Origin: Solirubrobacteraceae bacterium
GTDB taxonomy: Bacteria > Actinomycetota > Thermoleophilia > Solirubrobacterales > Solirubrobacteraceae
Length of the DNA stretch: 38,944 nucleotides
Direction of reading: 5' to 3'
Assembly: GCA_035252415.1 (NCBI GenBank)
Contig: DATFDC010000489.1
Coordinates: 1-38,944, forward strand
In this document: positions 28,221 through 35,556 of the stretch, piece after piece
Numbering within the stretch: the stretch's first letter is position 1
Layout of the letters: each line of letters begins with the position of its first letter
Notes under the pieces: generated by a model
Database searches by the model: none
The model's input: the letters and a program-made list of their open reading frames with translations, nothing else
What the model was told of the DNA's origin: nothing
Position numbers and translations under genes: made by a program

Positions 28221-28413
28221 TCTTCAGAGAGACTACGACGGAGTGCGAGGTGCCGGATGGTCGCCGGCGCCCATACTCGTTGGCGTGCGCCTACGGACGG
28301 TCCTTGCGCCTTCAGGACGTGGGACATCGCGGCGCTCCGAGTAAGAACGCGGGGAAATCCGACACAGTAAAGGTAGAGCAACATCTGCCACTGAGTATGG
28401 AAGGAGACCCGAA

Positions 28414-28878
28414 ATGTCAGTCGCATCGTTCAGAGCTCACTCACATGAAACACTCACAATTCACCACCTGCTCGAGCGCGCCAGGGGTGACCCCGCCTAT
28501 CAGGCGTTCGTGACGCTGCGCGTCGGCTTCACGCTGCTGCCGATCGTGATGGGCGTGGACAAGTTCTTCAACAACTTCGTCGACTGGGAGCAGTACCTCG
28601 CCCACTGGATCTGGAACATCAGTCCCTGGAGTGCAGTTCACACGATGCACGTGGTCGGGATCATCGAGATCGCCGCGGGCGTACTGGTCGCGCTCAAGCC
28701 GCGCTACTTCGCCTACGTCGTGGCGGCCTGGCTGGCTGGCATCGTAGTCGACCTGTTGACCTTCTCCGGTTACTACGACATCGCGCTGCGCGACGGCGCG
28801 TTGATGGTGGCTGCACTTACCCTGGCCCGGCTGGCGTCCAAGTTTGACCCGCCGCTTCACCTGCGCCATCGCGACTGA
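28414..28878 (+). CDS. DoxX family membrane protein
   Basis: LRVGFTLLPIVMGVDKF, WEQYLA, VGIIEIAAG, YYDIALRD; AAGGAG RBS. Confidence 0.85.
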   Translation: MSVASFRAHSHETLTIHHLLERARGDPAYQAFVTLRVGFTLLPIVMGVDKFFNNFVDWEQYLAHWIWNISPWSAVHTMHVVGIIEIAAGVLVALKPRYFAYVVAAWLAGIVVDLLTFSGYYDIALRDGALMVAALTLARLASKFDPPLHLRHRD

Positions 28879-28895
28879 CCGAGACGGTCCCGCAG

Positions 28896-28928
28896 GATGC
28901 CCCGGCAGGCTCGGCCTGCCGGGGCATC
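28896..28928 (+). terminator. GC-rich hairpin after the DoxX gene
   Basis: GATGCCCCGGCAGGC-TCG-GCCTGCCGGGGCATC, 15-bp perfect stem, no U-tract. Confidence 0.65.
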
Positions 28929-29143
28929 GGCTATCCGTGACCCCCCACATCTGTGGGAGACCTCGGGTACCCGGCCGGCGGATCAGCGCCAGGACCAATC
29001 GAAGCCGTCCACCTAAATCAGGCACCCGGCGTGCCGTGGCTCCTCGGGCACAAACCGCGTGAGGGCGTAGGGGAGCCGAACCCATCGGCGTGGTATTTTC
29101 CTAGTCATCCTCGCAAAAGTCTTTTGACGGAGGAGCCAGCGTC

Positions 29144-29413
29144 GTGACGTACGTAATCGCAGACCCGTGCATCGGGGTGAAGGACAACTCGTGCGTCGAG
29201 GTGTGCCCTGTCGACTGCATCCACCCTACGCGCGGCGAGCCCGGCTTCGCGAACGTCGAGATGCTCTACATCGACCCCGAGGAGTGCATCGACTGCGACG
29301 CCTGCGTCGAGGCCTGCCCGGTGGACGCGATCTTCGGCGAGGACCAGGTCCCCGATGAGTGGCAGAGCTTCATCGAGGCGAACGCCGCCTACTTCCGCGA
29401 CAAGGCCGCGTGA
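29144..29413 (+). CDS. fdxA: Ferredoxin, 7Fe FdxA type
   Basis: MTYVIADPCIGVKDNSCVEVCPVDCIH...YIDPEECIDCDACVEACPVDAI; GGAGGAG RBS. Confidence 0.93.
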   Translation: MTYVIADPCIGVKDNSCVEVCPVDCIHPTRGEPGFANVEMLYIDPEECIDCDACVEACPVDAIFGEDQVPDEWQSFIEANAAYFRDKAA

Positions 29414-29451
29414 AGAGGCACCCGCACCGTCCGCTTCCGGACGTGAGGTGA

Positions 29452-30426
29452 GCGCTGGCGCGACGGTGGAGCAAGCCGGAGGACCACCGTCTGCGCCGCC
29501 TGTACGCCGACGGGCTGCCGCTGAGCCAGATCTCCACACAGCTGCGGCGCTCTTCGGACGCAATCGTCGCCCGACGCAGAAGCCTGGGGATCGCACCGCG
29601 ACGCTCTGCACCCTGGACCCCGCGGGAGGAGGCGCTGCTGAGGGCCGCGGCGGCCGCCGGCGTCCCTGCGCCGACCGTCGCGCGCAGCCTCGGCCGCTCA
29701 TCTGACCAGGTTCGCGCCCACCGCAGAAAGCTGGTGGGCCGCACCCGGCCTCCCGCCCGCGCCTACCTCCCCGACGAGGACGACATGATCCGCGGCTGCG
29801 TGGGGTGGAACGGCGATCTGATCGCGCTGGCGCGCAGTCTGGGACGCACACCCGACGCGCTCCGGCTGCGCGCTCGCGCGCTCGGCGTCTACGACCCGCC
29901 ACGCCGGCATCGCTGGACGGAGTGGGAGGACGCGGTCGTCCGCGACGGCTACACGAGCGGACTGCCCTGCGCCGAGATCGCCCACCGGCTACCTCAGCGC
30001 AGTTCGGCGAGCGTGGCGGCCCGAGCCCGCAAACTCGGGCTGGTCAGCTACGCCCGGCGCTGGAGCGCACAGGACCAGCGCCGGCTGATGCAGCTAACCC
30101 TTATCGGCACCACGATCGAAGACGCGGCCCAGAAACTGAACCGCACGCCCGAGGCGATCCGACGGCGCGCCGCCAGGCTGGGGATCGCACCGCCGGCAAG
30201 AGCGAGGGCACCGCGCGACGGCAGGCGCTGGACACCTGCGGAAGACGAGCTGCTGCGCCTGCACCATGCTCTGAACCCGGCACGGCTCGCCCACGTACTG
30301 GGCCGGTCGGACGGCGCCGTGTGCCGGCGGCTGCGCACGCTCGGACTCCGCGCCGCGGCGGCGCGTTCGCCTCACCATACGGTGAGCCGCCGGAACGGTA
30401 CTGGCGGCCAAACCGAGCGCCTCTAG
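29452..30426 (+). CDS. Protein with six tandem Myb/SANT-like HTH repeats; start unresolved (possible pseudogene)
   Basis: The frame of ORF 29734 stays open back to 29452 and adds two more repeats; repeat pattern W(T/S)xxE(D/E)xxL...A..LxR(S/T)xxA(V/I)..R...LG; in-frame TGA at 29449-29451. Confidence 0.8.
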   Translation, partial: ALARRWSKPEDHRLRRLYADGLPLSQISTQLRRSSDAIVARRRSLGIAPRRSAPWTPREEALLRAAAAAGVPAPTVARSLGRSSDQVRAHRRKLVGRTRPPARAYLPDEDDMIRGCVGWNGDLIALARSLGRTPDALRLRARALGVYDPPRRHRWTEWEDAVVRDGYTSGLPCAEIAHRLPQRSSASVAARARKLGLVSYARRWSAQDQRRLMQLTLIGTTIEDAAQKLNRTPEAIRRRAARLGIAPPARARAPRDGRRWTPAEDELLRLHHALNPARLAHVLGRSDGAVCRRLRTLGLRAAAARSPHHTVSRRNGTGGQTERL

Positions 30427-30610
30427 GCTGGCCCGGTGGTCTCACCTGACGCGTCCTGGCGGCTGGACCGCCTGGGCGTCCCTCGCGCTCAGGTCTGAGC
30501 GCGGCGGCCGGGCCCAGGCGTGATACTGCTCGCCGATCCACGCGTCACAGCAGCGTGGACGCGCGGCTTCAGCGCGGTCGCGTCTCGTCCGCGTTTGTAC
30601 CCGATCGAGC

Positions 30611-31231
30611 TCACACTGCCGCAAGCTCCTGTCTCAGCTTTGCCCGCGCGTCGTGCACGACCTTGTACAGCGCCCCAGGCGTGGACCCCAGCTCGTGCGC
30701 CAGCCGATCAGTCGGGACCTCGTCGACCGCCATCGCAAGCAGCACCTCCCGCTGGTGAGCGGTGAGTTCGTCGGCGATGAGCCGCCCGACCGTTCGCGCG
30801 AGATCACGGACCTCGGTCAGCTCCTCCGGGTCGTCCGAGCCCGGACGCTCGGCCAGCCAGCCATCGCCGTCGTTCGGCAGCTCGCGCGTGTGACCGAGGC
30901 GGCGGCGGATCTCCCCCGGCACCTCGAGCGCCGCGAACCGGCGCGCCCAGGTGGTGAAGAGCGCGTCGCCGCGGAAGTCCTCGAGCTTTGCCAGGATCAC
31001 CAGCAGCGCGTCATCGGCAGCCTGCATGGCCAGGTCCTCGAGGTCGCGGCCGGACGGGTGCGCCAGAGCAGCGGTACGGCGCCTGACCTCGTAGCGCGCC
31101 TCTCTCAACAGCACGGCGTGCAGGCGCCCGATCGCCGCGTCTCGCACCGGCCCGTCTGCGTGCAGCTGCCTCAGCCACGCGCGCGACTCGGGGTCGAGCT
31201 GCCGACCCTCGGCTGGCACCTCGGCGGTCAT
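30611..31231 (-). CDS. ECF RNA polymerase sigma factor
   Basis: Region 2 (DLEDLAMQAADDALL..L.KLEDFRGDALFTTWA) and region 4 (LTAHQREVL...TPGALYKVVHDARAKLR); ATG 31231 overlaps upstream stop. Confidence 0.88.
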   Translation of the reverse strand: MTAEVPAEGRQLDPESRAWLRQLHADGPVRDAAIGRLHAVLLREARYEVRRRTAALAHPSGRDLEDLAMQAADDALLVILAKLEDFRGDALFTTWARRFAALEVPGEIRRRLGHTRELPNDGDGWLAERPGSDDPEELTEVRDLARTVGRLIADELTAHQREVLLAMAVDEVPTDRLAHELGSTPGALYKVVHDARAKLRQELAAV

Positions 31232-31623
31232 GACAAGCCCACGAGATGGCGGCGAAACGCGGCGAACCGACGGTTCTGGACTTCCTCTACGGGGCGCTCG
31301 TCGATCTGGACCGGCGGGGTCGGCCGGCGCTCGGGCATCTTCACGGTCGGGTCGAGCTGATGTGCGGCCTGGGCTGCCAGGAGATGCCACTCGTGGACGC
31401 TCTCGGCCGCGGGCCAACCCCACGTTCGCCCCTCGAGCACCCACTCTCCCTCGGCAGGGCCGCGCTCGAGATACAGGCCGGAGAAGTGATCGAGCCGCGC
31501 GACGCCGGGGCTGGTCGGGTTCGGGCGCTGCTTCGGATACATGTGTGTCGAGAGATCGAACACCCGCGCCAGCCGCGCGAGGTCGGCATCGGTCATCTCG
31601 CTGGTGAAAGGGACCACGAACAT
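31228..31623 (-). CDS. Hypothetical protein (about 131 aa), translationally coupled to the ECF sigma
   Basis: MFVVPFTSEMTDADLARL...GVARLDHFSGLYLERG...WVLEGRTWG; ATGA overlap at 31228-31231. Confidence 0.7.
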   Translation of the reverse strand: MFVVPFTSEMTDADLARLARVFDLSTHMYPKQRPNPTSPGVARLDHFSGLYLERGPAEGEWVLEGRTWGWPAAESVHEWHLLAAQAAHQLDPTVKMPERRPTPPVQIDERPVEEVQNRRFAAFRRHLVGLS

Positions 31624-31783
31624 CACTCGCCCGCCACGGCCGTGCCGAGCGGGCGGGGCCGGCCACACGCCCTCAGGTGAAGGAGAAGCGGGCCGTAGTG
31701 GAACCGCCGGTCCGCGGGGACGAGCTCGATCGTGAGGAGGTGGTATGGGAACGGCGGCGATGCTCATCTGAGCCTCGATTCTT

Positions 31784-31806
31784 TTTTCACAGTCTTACTG
31801 TGAAAA
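31784..31806. promoter_or_regulatory. AT-rich perfect inverted repeat, candidate operator
   Basis: TTTTCACAGT-CTT-ACTGTGAAAA, upstream of the hypothetical-plus-sigma pair. Confidence 0.55.
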
Positions 31807-31808
31807 TC

Positions 31809-32177
31809 CTACAGCAGCGCGTATCCACTGCCAATCCCACGGCTACTGGGCCGCAGGTGGCAGTCCGACTCCATCAAACACAGGAGCTGGCGCTCGGCTA
31901 TTCGACGGCGAGGAGTGCGGGAGGACCCAGAGAGTGGCTGCTCCCGGTGAAGTGGCAGCCTCGCAGGCGGAACCGCGTGGCAGCGGTGGTAGCGGTCGTA
32001 GACGACCAGCTGATCGCCGTCGTGCAGCGTGGCCGCGGCAGCCAGCTCGGCTTCGGTCGCACTCGCGTGCTCGGACACGACGACTCCCCGGTGGTTCACC
32101 ACCGCCCAGCCGCCCCGCGGCTGCGGCACGACCTTGACGCGGCCGGATCTCCGCGATTTGCGACGCCGTGCGCTCAT
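31809..32177 (-). CDS. DUF2188-like small protein
   Basis: VKVVPQPRGGWAVV...HASATEAELAA...QLVVYDR pattern; ATGA overlap with upstream gene; C-terminal tail may be spurious. Confidence 0.6.
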   Translation of the reverse strand: MSARRRKSRRSGRVKVVPQPRGGWAVVNHRGVVVSEHASATEAELAAAATLHDGDQLVVYDRYHRCHAVPPARLPLHREQPLSGSSRTPRRRIAERQLLCLMESDCHLRPSSRGIGSGYALL

Positions 32178-32647
32178 CGCTGACGCCCCCACGAGCGCAT
32201 CCGGCGAACGCAGTCGCGCAGACTCAGGCGGCGTCTCAGCGGCGGCTGCTCGCGGTCGTAGAAGGCGGTCAGCAGCCAGAGCGCGAGGTCCCCATACCCG
32301 AGCACGAACCCAGAGCGGTCAAAGCAAGCCACCACTTCGGTCCAGAACTTCACGCAGATCAGGTCGGGAGGCGTGCTCTCGGTGCCGTGCGCCAGCATCG
32401 CGAACGCCAGCTCGAGCGCGCCCGGGCTAGGCGCGCCCCAGTCGAAGGGCGCGCTGCTCCGGCATCCATGATGCGCCAGCGGCTCGATCCCTGCGCGGCT
32501 GACGACGTAGACCTCGGTGCCGCCCGAGCGTCGTCCCACGTAGTAGTGCTCCGGGCGCTGCGGGCCGCGAGTACCACGGGTGCCAGGCGCCTCGCGCGCG
32601 GACGCGGGAGCCGGGAACGCCATCCGACGGTCGTTTCTTGTGTTCAT
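32174..32647 (-). CDS. DUF6166-like protein
   Basis: YVGRR...VYVV...HHGCRSSAPFDWGAPSPGALELAFAMLA resembles the DUF6166 HSP-x-F-x-WG-x-G-x-G-x-x-LA pattern. Confidence 0.65.
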   Translation of the reverse strand: MNTRNDRRMAFPAPASAREAPGTRGTRGPQRPEHYYVGRRSGGTEVYVVSRAGIEPLAHHGCRSSAPFDWGAPSPGALELAFAMLAHGTESTPPDLICVKFWTEVVACFDRSGFVLGYGDLALWLLTAFYDREQPPLRRRLSLRDCVRRMRSWGRQR

Positions 32648-32854
32648 GCTCGCCCCGCGTCGATCCGAGCTGAGATCCTTACCTCCTCACAGCTTCAAAC
32701 CGATCGCAGCGGCCGAGACGTCAGGCCGCGCGCGGAGAGGATCGCGGACGGGCTGCCGCCCAGCGGCATCCGGGGTAAGAACTGAGCGGTTCCCTGCCGC
32801 TGGACGAGTAGAGACCGGCGCGCCCTGGTGCGCCCGTGACGAATTGGAGTGATC

Positions 32855-32956
32855 ATGAGTTCCCGACCTGTGACGATTGACAAGCTGGAAAGCTGGGTCC
32901 TGTCGGGCGCGCACTGGCGGGTGGTCGACATCTCGAACGAGCTGGACGCGGGCTGA
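32855..32956 (+). pseudogene. 33-aa ORF, probably a truncated conserved actinobacterial protein
   Basis: GGAG RBS plus MSSRPVTIDKLESWVLSGAHWRVVDISNELDAG*; stop lies 1 nt before the DUF488 ATG. Confidence 0.5.
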
Positions 32957-32957
32957 T

Positions 32958-33311
32958 ATGGCGCGTGACGTGCAGATAAAGCGGATCTACGACCCGGCGG
33001 AGGACAGCGACGGCTACCGCGTGCTGATCGACCACGTGTGGCCGCGGGGCGTCTCGCGCGAGCGCGCCCGGCTGGATGAGTGGGCGCGTGAGCTAGCTCC
33101 CAGTGACGAACTGCGCAGATGGTTCGACCACGTTCCCGAGCGGTTCAAGGAATTCCGACTCCGCTATCGCGGCGAGCTCACCGCCCACCCGGAAGCGCTG
33201 GAGAAGCTCGGCGAGCACGCGACGAGAGGACGGCTGACAATCGTCTACGCGGCCCGCGATCGCGAGCACAACAACGCCATCGTGCTGGCGGAGTTGTTGC
33301 GAGATGGCTGA
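32958..33311 (+). CDS. DUF488 (YeaO-like) protein
   Basis: IKRIYD...DGYRVLIDHVWPRGVS, LAPSDELRRWFDH, HNNAIVL. Confidence 0.92.
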   Translation: MARDVQIKRIYDPAEDSDGYRVLIDHVWPRGVSRERARLDEWARELAPSDELRRWFDHVPERFKEFRLRYRGELTAHPEALEKLGEHATRGRLTIVYAARDREHNNAIVLAELLRDG

Positions 33312-34083
33312 GCCGGCCACGATCCCGGCCCCGACCAGCTTCGAGGAGCCCTACGAGGTCGCGTGCATTGAAAGCAAAACGTCCACGATCGTCGAGCTCG
33401 GGCTGCGGCCACAAGGCGAGATCCTCGAGTACCTGCCCGGTGAGTACGTGCTGCTCGAGGACGATCTCCACGACGTGCCGCCTCGGTCCTATTCGGTGGC
33501 CAACGCGCCGCGGCCAGGCGGGACGATCTCGCTATTGGTCACCCGCGTGGCCGGGGGCGAGACCAGCCGCTGGGTTCATGAGCGGCTGCGCGTCGGCGAC
33601 ACGGTCCGCCTCTCCGGACCCTACGGCACATTCGTCGATCACCCCGGTGCGACCGCCCCGGCGCTGTATCTGGCGGCCGGGTCCGGACTGGCGCCGATCC
33701 GCGCGCTGCTCGCGGCGGAGCTCCGCTCGGGCGTTCGCAGCTCCCTGACGCTGATCTTCTCGGCCCGCACCGAAGTGGACGTAATCGATCGAGCGCGCTT
33801 TGAGCGCTGGCAGGCGGAGCAGTATCGGTTCCGGTTCATCCGCACCCTGACCCGCGGTCCCGGACCGCCACCCCACGGCCGGATCCCCGCGCTATTGCCC
33901 ACGATGCACGCAGACCTCTCGGATCACGACGTGTTCGTCGCCGGCGCGCCGGGGTTCGTCCTGGCCTGCGCGGCCGCCGCTGACGCGCTCGGCGCGCGGC
34001 GCGAGCGCGTCCACACGGAGGTCTTCTTCGTCGAACCGAAGCCGTGGACCCGTAAGCCCCTGCGGACGGGAGAGTCGACGTGA
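33304..34083 (+). CDS. FNR-family FAD/NAD(P)-binding oxidoreductase
   Basis: YLPGEYV, RSYS, GGETS, GPYGTF, AAGSGLAPI, VAGAPGF, VHTEVF. Confidence 0.92.
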   Translation: MAEPATIPAPTSFEEPYEVACIESKTSTIVELGLRPQGEILEYLPGEYVLLEDDLHDVPPRSYSVANAPRPGGTISLLVTRVAGGETSRWVHERLRVGDTVRLSGPYGTFVDHPGATAPALYLAAGSGLAPIRALLAAELRSGVRSSLTLIFSARTEVDVIDRARFERWQAEQYRFRFIRTLTRGPGPPPHGRIPALLPTMHADLSDHDVFVAGAPGFVLACAAAADALGARRERVHTEVFFVEPKPWTRKPLRTGEST

Positions 34084-34280
34084 ACGCGAGCGCGACCGAG
34101 CTGTTCGGCGACCCCGACGACGACGGGCGTGCCGTCGAGGCCATCGCCGAGGGCCTCGCGGAGCTTGGCTGCACACTCGGCGGCGAGGGCGGGCACCATC
34201 GTCTCCGGCGGCTCGTGACCGCTTGGGGAGTGGTCGGCCGAGGTCGTGGCACTCGCGGTCATGAACAGGTGGGCGTCTGA
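34080..34280 (+). CDS. Small hypothetical protein or truncated remnant, coupled to the FNR gene
   Basis: GTGA overlap and GGGAG RBS; first half is helical and protein-like, second half looks out of frame. Confidence 0.35.
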   Translation: MNASATELFGDPDDDGRAVEAIAEGLAELGCTLGGEGGHHRLRRLVTAWGVVGRGRGTRGHEQVGV

Positions 34281-34412
34281 AGCCGCGGCCGCCTGAGATC
34301 CTCTCCTCCAGTGATGCCCGCGCGAGCGATCGTCCTCGGACTGGGGCCGGAGACAATCTGGCGAGCGTCATGAGATCACCGTGTCCGCCGTCGCTCGACT
34401 GCTCCTGACTCC

Positions 34413-35477
34413 ATGGTCCCCGAACGCCCAGGCGCGCCTCTCGCCGCGCTGACGACGCTTCGCCTCGGCGGTCCCGCCCGCCGGCTCGTCGACGCGACGG
34501 TCGACGCCCAGATCATCGAGACAGCGGTGGCCGCCGACGACGCCGCCGAGCCTCTGCTGGTGCTCGCTGGCGGCTCGAATCTGGTGATCGCCGACGCCGG
34601 TTTCGACGGCACCGTGCTGCACATCCGCACGCGAGGCGTGGCGGCCACGACCGACGGCGGACGTGGCCGCCTGCAGGCCGCCGCGGGTGAACCCTGGGAC
34701 GAGCTGGTGTCGCGGGCGGTCACCGATGGGCTGGCCGGCGTGGAATGCATGTCGGGGATTCCCGGCTCCACTGGCGCTACACCAATCCAGAACGTCGGCG
34801 CCTACGGCCAGCAGGTGTCGGACACGGTGGTCGCGGTGCGCGCCTACGACCGTGTGGCCAGACGGGTGCTCCAGCTGCCGGGCCCGGACTGCGCGTTCGC
34901 CTACCGCTCAAGCGCGTTTCGCCACTCCGACCGGTTCGTGGTTCTGAACGTAATATTCGAGCTGGAACGCTGCCAGCTCGCGCGCCCGATCCGCTATCCG
35001 GAGCTGGCGCGGGCGCTCGACGTCGAAGTCGGCGCGCGGGCCCCGCTTGCCGCGGTGCGCGAGGCGGTACTCGCGCTGCGCCGCCGCAAGGGGATGGTTA
35101 TCGACCCGAACGATCCCGACTCGGTCAGCGCGGGCTCGTTCTTCGTCAACCCGATCATGTCTGCGGAGGCATTCGCCGCGCTCGAGCGTCGCGTCTACGA
35201 GCGATTGGGCGAGGACGCACGCCCGCCGGCCTGGCCGGAGTCCGCCGGAGCGGTGAAGACCTCGGCGGGGTGGTTGATCGAGCGGGCCGGTTTTTACCGC
35301 GGCTTCGGCGACGGCCGCGTCGGGATCTCGACCAAGCATGCACTGGCGCTCGTCAACCGCGGCGGCACCACGACAACCGAGCTGATCGCGCTCGCCCGGC
35401 GCATCCGCGACCAGGTCCGCGAGTCATTCGGGGTGACGCTCCAACCGGAGCCGACCCTGGTCGGGGTCGAGCTGTAG
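34413..35477 (+). CDS. murB: UDP-N-acetylenolpyruvoylglucosamine reductase
   Basis: LTTLRLGGPA, LAGGSNLV, GIPGSTGATPIQNVGAYG, YRSSAF, SAGSFFVNP, STKHALALVN, LQPEP. Confidence 0.96.
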   Translation: MVPERPGAPLAALTTLRLGGPARRLVDATVDAQIIETAVAADDAAEPLLVLAGGSNLVIADAGFDGTVLHIRTRGVAATTDGGRGRLQAAAGEPWDELVSRAVTDGLAGVECMSGIPGSTGATPIQNVGAYGQQVSDTVVAVRAYDRVARRVLQLPGPDCAFAYRSSAFRHSDRFVVLNVIFELERCQLARPIRYPELARALDVEVGARAPLAAVREAVLALRRRKGMVIDPNDPDSVSAGSFFVNPIMSAEAFAALERRVYERLGEDARPPAWPESAGAVKTSAGWLIERAGFYRGFGDGRVGISTKHALALVNRGGTTTTELIALARRIRDQVRESFGVTLQPEPTLVGVEL

Positions 35478-35556
35478 GCGGCGGACCCCGGGAGTCTGGT
35501 TGCTGGGCGCAGCGGCCACGAGCTGTGCGATGAGCCGCCTTACGCCATGGACCGGC

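Noticed and set aside
29449-29500. Selenocysteine recoding of the in-frame TGA
   Set aside because: No convincing SECIS-like hairpin seen downstream, and the position is not a redox motif
31809-32647. Prophage or mobile element suggested by DUF6166/DUF2188-like genes and the mosaic structure
   Set aside because: No integrase, transposase, phage structural gene, tRNA or terminal repeats found in the window
25270-32785. Repeated GTAAG(A) words in intergenic regions as a -35 element for the 30611 sigma
   Set aside because: No consistent -10 element at a fixed spacing; some instances are better explained by the 16-bp motif or other palindromes
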